Shown here piece by piece: positions 39,330 through 50,806 of a DNA stretch of 64,000 bases. Source of the DNA: Psammoneis japonica (taxonomy: Eukaryota); assembly GCA_008632985.1 (NCBI GenBank), contig QPGO01000028.1, positions 553,598 to 617,597 of the forward strand. The letters are read 5' to 3'. Position numbers and translations under genes: made by a program. The notes below the pieces were generated by a model. That model saw only the letters and a list, made by a program, of their open reading frames with translations, was not told the origin of the DNA and searched no databases. The stretch's first letter is position 1. Each line of letters starts with the position of its first letter.

Positions 39330-42300
39330 CCACAATTGAGCCCAGTTGCGATGACGGATTTGGTGGTCGAGGCGCAAACTGATTGCCTCTTGAAGAACTT
39401 TGCGTGACAAATCCATGCCATCCCAACCAAGCGTTTCCAACAGATTCACCGGATGGTTCACGGCGAACCAATGCCTGGGAGTCATGAGTTCCTTGGGGAA
39501 CTCAAACGACTTCAAAGTCTCCACACTTGGCAAGGTGCTGGCACTCATGTCCACCGACATGTCCACATGCCTGGCTGTCTCGTCCCAATCAAGCAACTCA
39601 TCACCAAAAGGGAAACGCTCGACAATGCACTCGCACGTTCCAGCATTGTCTCGTCCTGGCAAATGAACCGCAAGCACATTTTCATCAATGCGTTGAAACA
39701 AGGGAGTGTCCTTAAATGTCGTGTCACAAAACTCTTGCTCTTCGTGGTTGTCTTGTTTCTTCTCCTCGCAAATGTGCGATTCGAACCATCTCTCTCTGCA
39801 GTGCTCTGCCAATCCATGTTCTCTCCTCAAAATGTGAAGCAGCATCTTTCCAAAGCTGCAAATCTTGGGTTTGCTGTTCAATCGTTTGTCCGCAGACATG
39901 TTGCCACTTGTGGCACCAACAGCTGCGTTTCCCGGTTTGACAATGGCCTGAATTGCCATCCAGGAAGGAAGTGGTCCAACAGTGGCCTTTTGTCCAATGT
40001 CATGAGTTCCGGTTGAGTTGCCGCATCGTTTCACATTTTCATTCAGAAGGGAAAGGAAAGACTTACAAGCCTTGATTTGGTCGAGCTGAGCTGGGATCAC
40101 CCCCACAAATCTCTTCCTAAAACAAAGACAAGCCGCAGCCTGAACGCGTGCCTCAACTTTCCACTTGTCTTCAGGCATGACATTCGCGTTGGGCTTCACT
40201 GCATTTCCAAAACGGCAGAAGTCCTCTCGTCCACTGCACATTCCTCCTTGCACAAGTGGAACAAGTGGATGAACATCTTGGAAAAGTAGAAACCAAATGA
40301 CTCATCAACCATGTTGGGTCGCAGGGCGTCTCGAGTTCCAGCCAAAAGCAGCATTCGGGATGCTGCACCCAAGAAATGTGGACCCGGAGCACATGCGTGT
40401 GTCACACATTGGACGGAGATCAATTCCAGGTGGTTTAGATTAAAGACCAAGCACAGACGAAGGCACACCTCGTAGACAAGTTGTGAGCATCCGTCGGGGT
40501 CAAGGTTGCACTGGTTTTTGATGGCGGGAAATCCAGGCAACCATTCGGTCCGCTCACCGTCATGCAATCCATTGCCAATGTTGCGATGAGACGGCTCAAA
40601 TCATTGGCAGTTGCGGACATGCCCAGCCAGAATCGGATCACAGGCATCTTGGTTTTTCACCACATCATCGCACACCTTGTGCATTTGACAATTGACTGCG
40701 TGTCGTTTCAACACTCCGGTGACTGGGTCAGGCATGAGGGAAGAAAGACTGACTGCCACACTGTTGTCTCCATTCTTGGTGTCGTCGTGATGCTCGCAAT
40801 GGCATCCAGGAATTTGCCAGGTGTGACTGAATCGGCCATGGTCAGGGTTTGCCTTGGGGTGAACAGTTCCGCCAAACTTGGCACTACGATCTGGATGGTT
40901 GGGATTGGCAAATGGGTGCTGACCCTTGGGGACAAAGCTGGCCATCTTACCCAACAATGCGGCAGCCACCGAAGCCTCAATCATGGCATCAACAAAGATG
41001 GGGTTGGGCTCTCAGTTGCTTGATTTGGACTTGGATTTGGGCAACCATGTGGCTTGAAGAATGCCAGGACGGCTGTGTCCATTGGTGCTGGCAGTTCGTC
41101 CATTGGATTGCCCACCGGCAAAGCCCACGTCACAGAAGTCAGTGGGATTTTGCCGATTTGCCGATTTCTTCTTGGGAATGCAGTTGAATTTACATCCACA
41201 ATCAATGCCTTCATGGACACCACGCCAGTCCATGTCCTTTGCCAAAGAACCAGCACCTTGGTCTCCGTTGTGGAGAACAACCGTGTCGCTGGTGTGCACC
41301 AATGTCTTCGGATCATGCAAGTGCACGGTCGGAGACACACCGGGAGATTCGAAAACCTGCTCGAGTCTGTTCATCAAAAAACTGACATTGCACTGGCCAT
41401 GACCACACACACCAGATTCCAACAGATGTCCTTGGCACTTTGCCTGCAGCCAAAAGTGAATCTCGGAAACATGTTTGAGCATGCGGTCAATGTCCAGTCT
41501 GCCTCGTTCAACAAGAGCGGCTTTTTCATCTCGGGGTGGGTCGAACCACTTGTCACTAAACTTCTCGACAAAAAAGCCTTGGTTGCAAATGGAAGACTGG
41601 TGCAAAGAGGCAGGCAATGATTGGCGCAAAATACGAAAATCCTTTTCAGTGCGGATGGGAGATGATGGCAAGAAGAAAGGCTCGTCGGCGGGGTTCTCTG
41701 TGGTGCAATCGACGTTTGCAGCAGGGGAGAAGGATTCCGGACCACGGACATCATCAACACTGCATGGGTCACCATCTGCAAACATGCACACAGTGGGGGA
41801 ACTGACGCTGTTCTCGTCAACAGCGGCAGCAGCACGGCTGCTGTTCTCGTCAACATCATCGGCTGAACGATCACTGAACAGGCGGGCAGGATGCAAGGCA
41901 GCAGCATCAACAGTGGAAACCGCTGTGGGAGGAGCAAGGGAGACAAGCAGCCTGCCAACCCTGTCAAATCAGGCACAGGGTGAGGACTCAACACCAGCGG
42001 CGGAGTTTCAACAGCCGAAGCAGCTGCACCCACGAGGTGACGCCACCCAACCTTGATCTTGTCCAGCCATGAAGACGGAGAGAATGGGTGCACATGAGGT
42101 GCACCAGACTTGGCACACCCCTTGCAATGACGTTTGTGCTTCCCACCACAACTGCCAGAGCGACGGCGCTTCCTGTCAGAGCGACGTTGCGAACGATGCC
42201 CAGCCACCATTTGGCCAACATCAGCCCAGAGAAGAGTGGTGAGAGAACTGGTCATTGCATGTGTCGAACTGAAAGTGAGAATCACAATGCGTGTTGGTGA

Positions 42301-42330
42301 GGACACTTACGACAGGGGGGGTTCTGCCAT
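39330..42330 (-). pseudogene. Large convergent gene of unknown function, probably cargo of the MULE element
   Basis: ORFs 41012..41896, 40601..40984 and 40196..40567 share one frame and are separated by single TGA stops. The gene continues after a frameshift in 39189..40253. Its mutation state matches the transposase. Confidence 0.6.
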
Positions 42331-42374
42331 GGTGGTTGGTTGACTTTTTTTGTGGCACTGTTGCGTGTGGGAGA

Positions 42375-42428
42375 AAACGAGCGTTGAGTTCAAACCGAGC
42401 GTTGGGTTCGAACCAAGCGTTGAGTTCA
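42375..42428. repeat. Three tandem 18-bp units (aaccgagcgttgagttca consensus), probably subterminal repeats of the MULE
   Basis: Units at 42375-42392, 42393-42410 and 42411-42428. Confidence 0.85.
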
Positions 42429-42751
42429 AAAATTTCATCTAGCATGCGCCATTAATACAACATAAATTTATATTATATTGGAGATTTAATACACACATAC
42501 AGTCAACGGTCCAAGGGACGAATACTTAACGCACATGACGTCCGCATGACGCATGGGGGTTGACCAGTAATCGGGACGTTGACACCTCGAAGAATTTCTG
42601 TGACAGAAACCCGAACAGTGGCATCTACGGCACTGTACGGTATGTAGTCTACGTACAGTATCTATTTTAGGTACCCTTTTGGTAGACATTTCGTCGCTGA
42701 TTGACTGCATCGCTGTTTACTGGGGAGAAGAAACACGAGCTTTTCTTGGAA

Positions 42752-43567
42752 ATGATGAATGTTGCGGAAGATGACAAAGAAGATGAGGGGGGCTTCATGC
42801 ATTTTTCAGTTCATGTTGAGAGAGCTGGAATCACGGAAGTCAACGGCGAGTATGAACAAGCTGGTGAATTCAATGGCGCTAGAAAGTTCATTAAGGAAGG
42901 CGTCTGGGGAAAGCGTCCGGTTGTTTTCTTGCTGTTTCGGTGCTACGTTTGCGACGACTTGAGACGCTGGTACATTTCTGTTGCGCCCAGAGGCCTGCAG
43001 CCAGGGACAAACGCTGACATCGATTTCTACACTGCGCCAGCCGATAACCCGCGAGTAGTAACTCCTCCTGAGGATGGCTGGAAAACTGTTGGAGTAGGAA
43101 GGGATCCGCCACCTCAGTTGATAGTGAAAACCCAGGAAATGCAGTCGGACTGGGATATGTCCTGTACGCAAGACTCGGGCGAAGAAGACGAGGGGGTCTT
43201 AGTGGATGTTAAATATTTGCCCGACCACTCAGCAGTTCGTGTTGAGAGAGCTGGAATCCTAGAAGTCAACGGCACGTATGAACAAGCTGGTGAATTCAAT
43301 GGCGCTAGAAAGTTCATTAAGGAAGGCGTCTGGGGAAAGCGTCCGGTTGTTTTCTCGCTGTTTCGGTGCTACGTTTGCGACGACTTGAGACGCTGGTACA
43401 TTTCTGTTGCGCCCAGAGGCCTGCAGCCAGGGACAAACGCTGACATCGATTTCTACACTGCGCCAGCCGATAACCCGCGAGTAGTAACTCCTCCGGAGGA
43501 TGGCTGGAAAGCTGTTGGAGTAGGAAGGGATCCGCCTCCTTCAGTTGGTAGTATAGCGACCATTTAG
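42752..43567 (+). CDS. Protein with two near-identical domains of about 105 aa (VERAG..VNG.Y...RRWYIS..PGTNADIDFY..PP.DGW)
   Basis: 426-bp period DNA duplication (about 42806-43195 versus 43232-43627). The domain resembles the C-terminal module of diatom BTB/POZ proteins (from recall, not verified). Confidence 0.7.
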   Translation: MMNVAEDDKEDEGGFMHFSVHVERAGITEVNGEYEQAGEFNGARKFIKEGVWGKRPVVFLLFRCYVCDDLRRWYISVAPRGLQPGTNADIDFYTAPADNPRVVTPPEDGWKTVGVGRDPPPQLIVKTQEMQSDWDMSCTQDSGEEDEGVLVDVKYLPDHSAVRVERAGILEVNGTYEQAGEFNGARKFIKEGVWGKRPVVFSLFRCYVCDDLRRWYISVAPRGLQPGTNADIDFYTAPADNPRVVTPPEDGWKAVGVGRDPPPSVGSIATI

Positions 43568-44063
43568 GAAATGCACTCGGACTCGGATATGTCCTGTACG
43601 CAAGACTCAGCCCAAGAAGACGAGGGTAGGCCTCATTGGCAAATTCTTAGGGAAGATGCGCATCATTATGAGTTGATATCCTTATTTACGTCCTTGTGGT
43701 GAGGTAGGCCACCCTCTTGACTTGGGATCATACGACATCAAAGTTGTGTCGGAGCTCCGAGAAAAGTATTTGGGTTTGTTAGCTAGATCGTTTCGCAAAA
43801 TAAGTCAAAGCAGAACAAACTCTCTTTTTGCGTACTAGAGAAGATGATGACGGCTTTTTTCGGAAACGACAATGAAGAGGAAGCCGCGTGGAGTAAGTTG
43901 TATGTCTTGCAATATAGCTTTTTTCTTTACACACCGTCATGACTTCTACATATTCAGCAAGCATGAGTATAAAACTGACACTACAAGAATCACCTCTAAG
44001 CTGATGACTTCTAAAAACCCGAGAAAATGGTCTATTTGGCTATCCTGAGGCATACCGGATTGA

Positions 44064-46332
44064 TCACATTGACATGATCTGGTCAAAACGCTCCACTTCT
44101 TCTGGACTCATTTCCGGTTCCTTGGTGTAACGAATGCGCCGTTCGTAAAAAGTCGAATGAACATGCTCAGCGACTTCTTCCGCCAAGGCCTTTGGGATTG
44201 CCGCCGCATTCCATTGCCTCCCGTGAGACCTTGCCCCAATGGGGTGCGTCCCCCCAGCAAAAGGACACTTGCTGTCGCATTTGAATTCGGCCAAGGTGCC
44301 ATGCAAGCGAAAGTCATTAGTCCAAATGTAGGTTGGCTTCTTGTCCTCTCGCCCTAATGCACAGTAGTGGACAATAGTGGGATACAACCCCATAGTCTCG
44401 ACGATCTCCTTCATGAGCGGCATCTTGCGCAAGAAACCCACGGGGTTTTCAATAACCACAAGTAGATGAGGATTATGGGATCGCGCCCACTTCATAATGG
44501 CAAACATTTGTGCCAACAACCTGTTGTGCTCCCGTGCTTCTGGTGTCTTTTCGAATTCACCTTTTTCTGGATTACGATGCTTGCCCCCCGACAAGTTGGA
44601 ATAGGTGAAACAGGGTGGACTGGCCCAAATAAAGTCGGGTATCATATCAATGTCGCTGTATTTCAACTTCATAATATCCAACCTGTCAGTCGCATACGAC
44701 GTGGGAGAGTTGTCAATGCTCCGGACGCGCCATTTGCGATCCGCAAATTCTTGCGTCACCACACCACAGCCCGAGAAGAGCTCCAGACAACACAATTGTC
44801 GTCCTCGGACGGGATGCATCCGCATGGGGCGACTGGCCCGACACCTCATGAGCTCGTGAAACTCGAAATCTTCCTTTTCGCCGTCATCATACGTGACTTC
44901 CCACATTTTGACCTTGAGGCCATCCACTTCCAACCATTCAGCGTCCTTGGTGACGGTTCCATGATAGGCCGAGCCGTCGAAATTCTTGCGAATCCTCAAG
45001 CCGACACGTGGATTAAAGCGCTCTTCGTCTGTAACGTCGTCCGTGTCTTGTTGTTTCTTGGCTTGATGGATGAGCTGCATGGCCTTGTTGAGTCCATATG
45101 GCGGCTTCATTTGACTCAGAGCCGCAACGACTTCCACCTCGGTGACTCCCATGCGAAAGCACAAATCTCGTTTTGCGGTTGCATAGTCCCAAGTCCGTTG
45201 GGAAGGCGGTGCATGTTTCCGCGGCGGCTTGGAAGTCTTGTCGTCTTTACCTTCAACTTCTTCTCCAGAGGGTTCTTCTTCGTCGTCTTCATCTTCTTCC
45301 CTTACTGCACATTCAAGCAATTCGTCCATATCCAAGTCCTCATGGTCTCCGTCTTGGTAACGCACCCGCCAACTCATGACTACTTTTCCGTTCTCGTTGG
45401 TTGCTTCCGGTCCAGAAATCACTTTTCCCCGATAGTATATCCCATCGTCAAAGAGTTTCCGAATCTTCATACCGACACACGGTTCTTCATTGAAATCTTG
45501 ATGCTTGCGTTTACGAGGATGATGATGAGCCATAGTAGCAGTTTCATACTCGTTTAGATGAGACGGTGGCTGGCGTTCGCGAGTCGTCATCCTCTTGTTG
45601 GCGGCATCCCTCTCGTTCAACTCATCATGATGATCATCATCTTTTTTAGCAGCAGGCTTTTTCTGTTCATCCTCCTCGTCCACGTCCGTGTCATCTTCTA
45701 CTTGCTTCCTGGTATCTTCAGGATTCGTAGCAGTGTCCTCGGGATTCATTCTGGACAGCAGGGCTTTCTTGGGAGGCGACTGGACCAACGCAACGTCGTC
45801 TTCTTCCCAACACTTCCTCCTCCAACTCTTCTTTTTCTTCTTCTTCCAACTCTTTTTCTACAGAGTACTTGTCTTTACCGATTGCACATTCGAGTAACTC
45901 TTGCTTGGTCAAATCCTCTTGGTCGCCGTCTCGGTAGCGTACTCGCCAACTCATGACCATGCTACCGTTCTCGGCGGTTGCTTCTGGCCCAGAAATCACC
46001 TTGCCAAAAAATTTCCCTTCTGGAAATTGTTTGCAAATCGGCATGCCAATGTATGGATTATCTTCTTGAGGATCTTGATGCTTGCGCTGTACAGGAGTCG
46101 TCGTCCCCATGGCCGTAGTCGTAAGATTGGTAGTCACACCTTCAGTGTCAACAACCGGAGCTCGCTCCGTTTTCTTCTTGTTGCCATCCGGAGTCACTGC
46201 AGCAGCAGCAGCAGCAGCTACAACTTCCTTTGCAGACGTTTTCGTTGACGCCGTATCGCCTTTGTGACCCTTGTGCAAAGACACCGCCTTTGCCACCACT
46301 TGCGCAACTCCTAAATCTTCCTCGTCCATCAT
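44064..46332 (-). CDS. Cytosine-5 DNA methyltransferase with three Tudor-like domains and a UBA-like segment; one-base frameshift at 45806-45808
   Basis: Motif I LELFSGCG, motif IV IWASPPC, motif VI VIENP, VHYCALG..KKPTYIWTN, and motif X AIPKALAEEV. Tudor-like G..I.K.F....(Y/F).G.V.....W.V.Y.DGD.ED units occur three times. Removing one G in ttgggaagaagac joins ORFs 45718..46359 and 44064..45788. Confidence 0.85.
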
Positions 46333-46457
46333 GGTTGATTTTTTTGTGAGGGCGGGCAACGCACGATATCGTCGCCATAATCATCAGCGATCTTTTCTGT
46401 ACGGGGCATGTGTGTATAATTCTACATACTGATTTTGCTACGAGACTACATTACCAT

Positions 46458-49400
46458 AAGATCTTGCGCCACATTTTTTTCTGATTCCAACGACCGGCCG
46501 TGGTCCGTCGAAACTGCATTACACGATGTTGTGTCACACAATGATGCATGGCATGGAATTCGCTGTTGTCGCTTTTATCATTCTTGCAGGGCCAGGGCAT
46601 ACCTTATTTCTAAAAGCACTCTTCAAGTCTTCCTGTAGTCTTCTTCTGTTTTGTCAGGTCCATCATTGTTGTTTTTGTTTTTGCATGGGTTGCATTTGCT
46701 CCAATCAGAGTGCCCTGTCAACGGCGGCACAAGAACAAGAGATTGATGCACCTTGCGACACTGCACGAGAGGTTGTGTCGGGCATTGAAAGCATTCCCTT
46801 GATGGTGAGAAATGTGGAGAAGGTTGAATTTCTGGATGTGTTTCCGAATTTGCCATGGCGATGCGGACGCGTTCCAGCTCCAGGTGGGGCCTTGCACTGT
46901 GCCACTGAACTGTGGCACAATTGTTTTTTATGAGTCAGCCGGGGCAGGGCTAGTTGGTCGCGCATGTTTGGGTTTGATGCAGCCGTGCAACTAGCCATGC
47001 CCTGCAGGCAAAGCTGTTGGTGGCACGTGAGCAGATGCAGCACAGTGCCGTGGAAGCAACAAAGCAAAGAGCACGGCGTGGGTCAAAACGTTGTAAAATG
47101 ATGCGACAACAAGCAGTGAGAAGAAACCCAACTTGACCCATGAACACAGCGCACAAACATTGTCCAACAACTTCAATGGTGTCTCGCATTCCCTGCTTGC
47201 AGATCAGTGAACGCCACTCGTGCGTTGCTCGCCATGGTGTTGTTGGGCGTTGTCGTGTTGTTTGCGTGCGAAGAACATTCTGTCCATTCATCTGACAGTG
47301 AATCTGTTTTGGCAACAGTGGATGTTTTGCTGCATCCAATCTGAAAACATTTTGAGAAGCGCTTCGGGGCGACCCTGTTCAGGGCGTTAAACAGAAATTT
47401 TTTTGTGCAGATTCCAGAGTTCTTTCGGGGTGTTCTGTGAGATTTTTGAAATGCCGCGTGCATGTGTCAATTAAAAGCACAACAAAATTTTATCTCAAGC
47501 ACGCAGTGCATGGTCATCAGACTGTGCAGGCGTGTGTGCATGTGTGAGGTGCAAGTGGAACATGTGTGGAATCACCACTGAGTGAGTTGACAGGCGGTGG
47601 ATTTTCACCGGTGCACAATCTGCAGGCTCTGCAGGGAAGACAAATTCATGTCAGTTCCTGAGGCTTTCACACATCATTGAATTTTCCAACGCCTTTAATT
47701 TGCACATGCAAGAACTCAAAAGTCTGACAGAACACCCCGAAAGAACTCTGGAATCTGGATGAAAAAAATTCTGTTTGACGGTCCGAACAGGGTTGTCGCG
47801 AAGCGCTTCTCAAAACATCTTCCGATTGAACACAGCAAAATGTCTGCTGTTGGCAAAACAGAGTCACCATGGGCAAAATAGATCCCCGTCCTTCGCGCAC
47901 AATGACAGTGGCACGACAACACACAACAACACCATGGCGAGCAACGGGAATGCTGTTCACTTGTCTGCACACCAGCTGGCATTTCCACATGAGATCAAAG
48001 CCATTGGAAAATGTTTGTGTGCTGCATTCCTGGGTCAAGTTGGGTTTCTTCTCATTGCTTCTTGTTGTTGTGTCACTTTACAACGTCTTGACCTGCACCA
48101 TGTTTTTTGCTTTGGCTGCAAGTTGGCTGCTTCTGCTCGATCCATCCGCGCCGCACCACCGAACAGCTTTTCCTGCAGGGTGTGGCCAGTTGCTCATCAC
48201 ATCAAACCCAAATGTGCATGAACAACCAGCCCCACCCCGGCTGACTCACAATGTCCAGAAGCATCAGAGACTGACACAAATTTGTCTTTCATGCAGACCA
48301 CGTAGACAGAGCGTGCACCTGCGGAAAATCCACCGCATGTCAACTCACTCAGTGGTGATTCTGCATGTGTTCTGCTTGCACCTCACACACACACACACAC
48401 CTGCACAGTCCAACAACCGCGCACACGTGCATGAGATCATCCGTCGCATGTTTCACATGTGCATTTCTGCGTGTTCTGTTGTAAAAAATTGTTCATTCAT
48501 GACAACAAAAAATGCACTGGGTGCATTCTTTAATGTCTGAAGAACACACCCAGGCACATTGTAAAGAATGCACTTCAAGTGTGGAGGAGGAGATGCATTC
48601 GCAAAATTGCCTCTTTTTCTGTTGGTGATCATTGACACATTCATTGCTTGACAATTTTGCTGCAGAGCTCACACGCAGAATTCTGCAGGCCCAATGTCAC
48701 AAAAAGTCCCAAATGGGACTGGAGCCCATCTGTGTTCCAGGTGTGCCACAGGTGGGACCTCATGCTGCTGGAACTGTGACATCGACAGTTTTTTAATCGC
48801 GTCGCATGTCGCGCACGTGCATTTCTGCGTGACTTTGGTGACATTTTGCATCATTTACGGTGCAATTGTTGGGCGATCCATTCAACAACTTTTTTGACAT
48901 TTTTTCCTTCTGCGCCATTCTTGAATGTCTTGAGAATGGCACAGGGCAGGCGGATTGTCCAAAACTTTGAGTGGGGACAGGGGCATGTGTGCCACAAACT
49001 TGGTCACTCATTTCATGTCGAAGACAAACATGTGCATCAACCAGAGCATGAACCACAGAGCTTGCGCGCAGAATTCCACGGGGCAGGAACACATCTGGCA
49101 CAAGAAAGCATCACAGAACAGAAAAAAAACAAGAAGTGTGTGGCTGGGCAACAACAAGAAGGAACCCTCGTTTGCTCAAATCAAGATGATTCCTTGGGTT
49201 GAAAAGAAGAACACCCATGTTCATTCAGTCTCAACATTGGCTTTTCAAACAAAGAGGGCAAAGGATCAGAAGACATTGAAAATTTGTGTGTGTTTTCTGC
49301 CACAACATCCCAGTCAGAAAGAGAGTCTTGATTTTGTCCATTGGCTTTGCCAGCAAAGACAATGCACTGAGTTTCTGTTCATGCTTGGTGCTGAAATGTG

Positions 49401-49494
49401 CAAGAAACATCTTGGTGATGAAGTGCCAGCAGAGGATCATGCCAATGCTGCAATGAAATGTCAAGAAGAGAAACAAGCAGAAAATCAATGGTGA
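46458..49494 (+). pseudogene. Decayed duplicate of the SRPBCC gene at 60510-61049, including its upstream region, split by an insertion of about 2.25 kb (about 46859-49111)
   Basis: 46458-46858 aligns with about 60291-60681. About 49112-49494 aligns with about 60683-61045. Confidence 0.9.
46928..48430. repeat. Interleaved inverted repeats A-B-A'-B' inside the insertion
   Basis: A (about 46928-47470) is the diverged reverse complement of about 47695-48250. B (about 47500-47665) is the reverse complement of about 48260-48430. Confidence 0.8.
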
Positions 49495-49957
49495 GGAAGC
49501 ATTCCATCAAAATCTGCTGACTTCAGCTGTGCAAGTGCAGCCCATCTGCTCCAAGGTGCACTGGGGTTTTTGACTCAGATGACCTTCAAAAGAGGAAAGC
49601 CAATGACATTCTTGATCTCATGCAAAGCTTCATGGAACAGCCAAGTGTTCTTAACTTGCTGACATGCCCCCATTTCTGATGTGCAGCTTTGAGACATCAA
49701 GCTGTGCAATGCCCAGAGGCTTTGGCTTGCTCTGGATTTGAAAGCCAACTTTCAATTTGGCAGTTCTGGGGCTCTTTCTTCATTGCATCAAAGTCACATT
49801 TTTGGGGACTTGAAGCACATGAGAATGAACTTCAGGTGTGAACCAGAACAAGTGACTTGAGACTCTGGAAATCTGACTTGTTTGCAAGGAGGTGCATTTG
49901 TGCAAGAGCGTCTGGGGTGTTTTCATCAAAAGTGGATTTTTCCAATCAACTCTGGCT

Positions 49958-50216
49958 GGCCTGTTCCAGCTCCAGGTGATCTGCTTTTCATCACACGAGA
50001 GGCCGATTTTCTGTGCAGTTTGGCGCAATTGACTCCTTCAATTTTGATGGTTTCGAAAATCAAAAGGTGAGTGCACACCCAAAAATGCATGCAAAGTGTG
50101 CACTTGCCCTTTGATTTGGCAAAAAACGGATTGGAAAAAGTCAATTGTGCTGAATGCACAAATTGCCAAATGATGGGAATCGAGCCCGCGCGGAGCACCT
50201 GGAGCTGGAACAGGCC
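49958..50216. mobile_element. MITE, copy 1 (259 bp)
   Basis: 21-bp TIR ggcctgttccagctccaggtg. 4-bp TSD ggct at 49954-49957 and 50217-50220. Confidence 0.9.
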
Positions 50217-50543
50217 GGCTGGTGGGCACTCAAGAGAGCTTGTCATTGTCACAGAGTGATTTGCTGCTGGCTCTTGTGCACCTTCCTGCATCTTCTCTAC
50301 ATGTGTGCTGTCATTTCCAATTCTGCCACATTGTCTGCTGTCAGCATCACCCCATTTTCAGGAGCCAATTTTGCCTTGGGTTCAAGACAAGCTGCAGTGC
50401 ATTTGGCAGCCTTTGCAACACCTTGTTTTCTGTTGACTGCTGCAAATCCAACTAGAGTGTGCATGTTTTTGCCACCCTTGTCTGTTTCAACCACTGCTTG
50501 CTCTGTGAGCAGCAGGCAGGCCATCTGTTCTGATTGTTCCCCT

Positions 50544-50806
50544 GGCCTGTTCCAGCTCCAGGTGCTCCGTGCGGGCTTGAATCCCATCATTTGGCAATTT
50601 GTGCATTTGGCGCAATTGACTTTTTCCAAATCCTGTTTTGCCAAATCAAAGGGCAAGTGCACACTTTACATGTGTTTTCGGGTGCACACTCACCTTTTGA
50701 TTTTCGAAACGATCAAAATTGAAGGAGTCAATTGTGCTGAACTGCGCAGAAAAGGCCAACCGGCCTCTCGCGATGAAAAGCGGATCACCTGGAGCTGGAA
50801 CAGCCC
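50544..50806. mobile_element. MITE, copy 2 (263 bp), same family in the opposite orientation
   Basis: Same TIR with one mismatch. 4-bp TSD ccct at 50540-50543 and 50807-50810. Confidence 0.9.

Noticed and set aside
12560..42330. Alternative genetic code or Cys/His-rich metalloproteins explaining the odd translations
   Set aside because: Neighbouring genes use Tyr normally, and non-coding duplicates show the same TA>TG/CA change.
42375..42428. CRISPR-like array
   Set aside because: The 18-bp units are head-to-tail with no spacers, there are no cas genes, and the context is eukaryotic.
35590..42480. Defined TIRs and TSD for the MULE
   Set aside because: The ends show only faint similarity and no 8-10 bp TSD was found, so the boundaries are left approximate.
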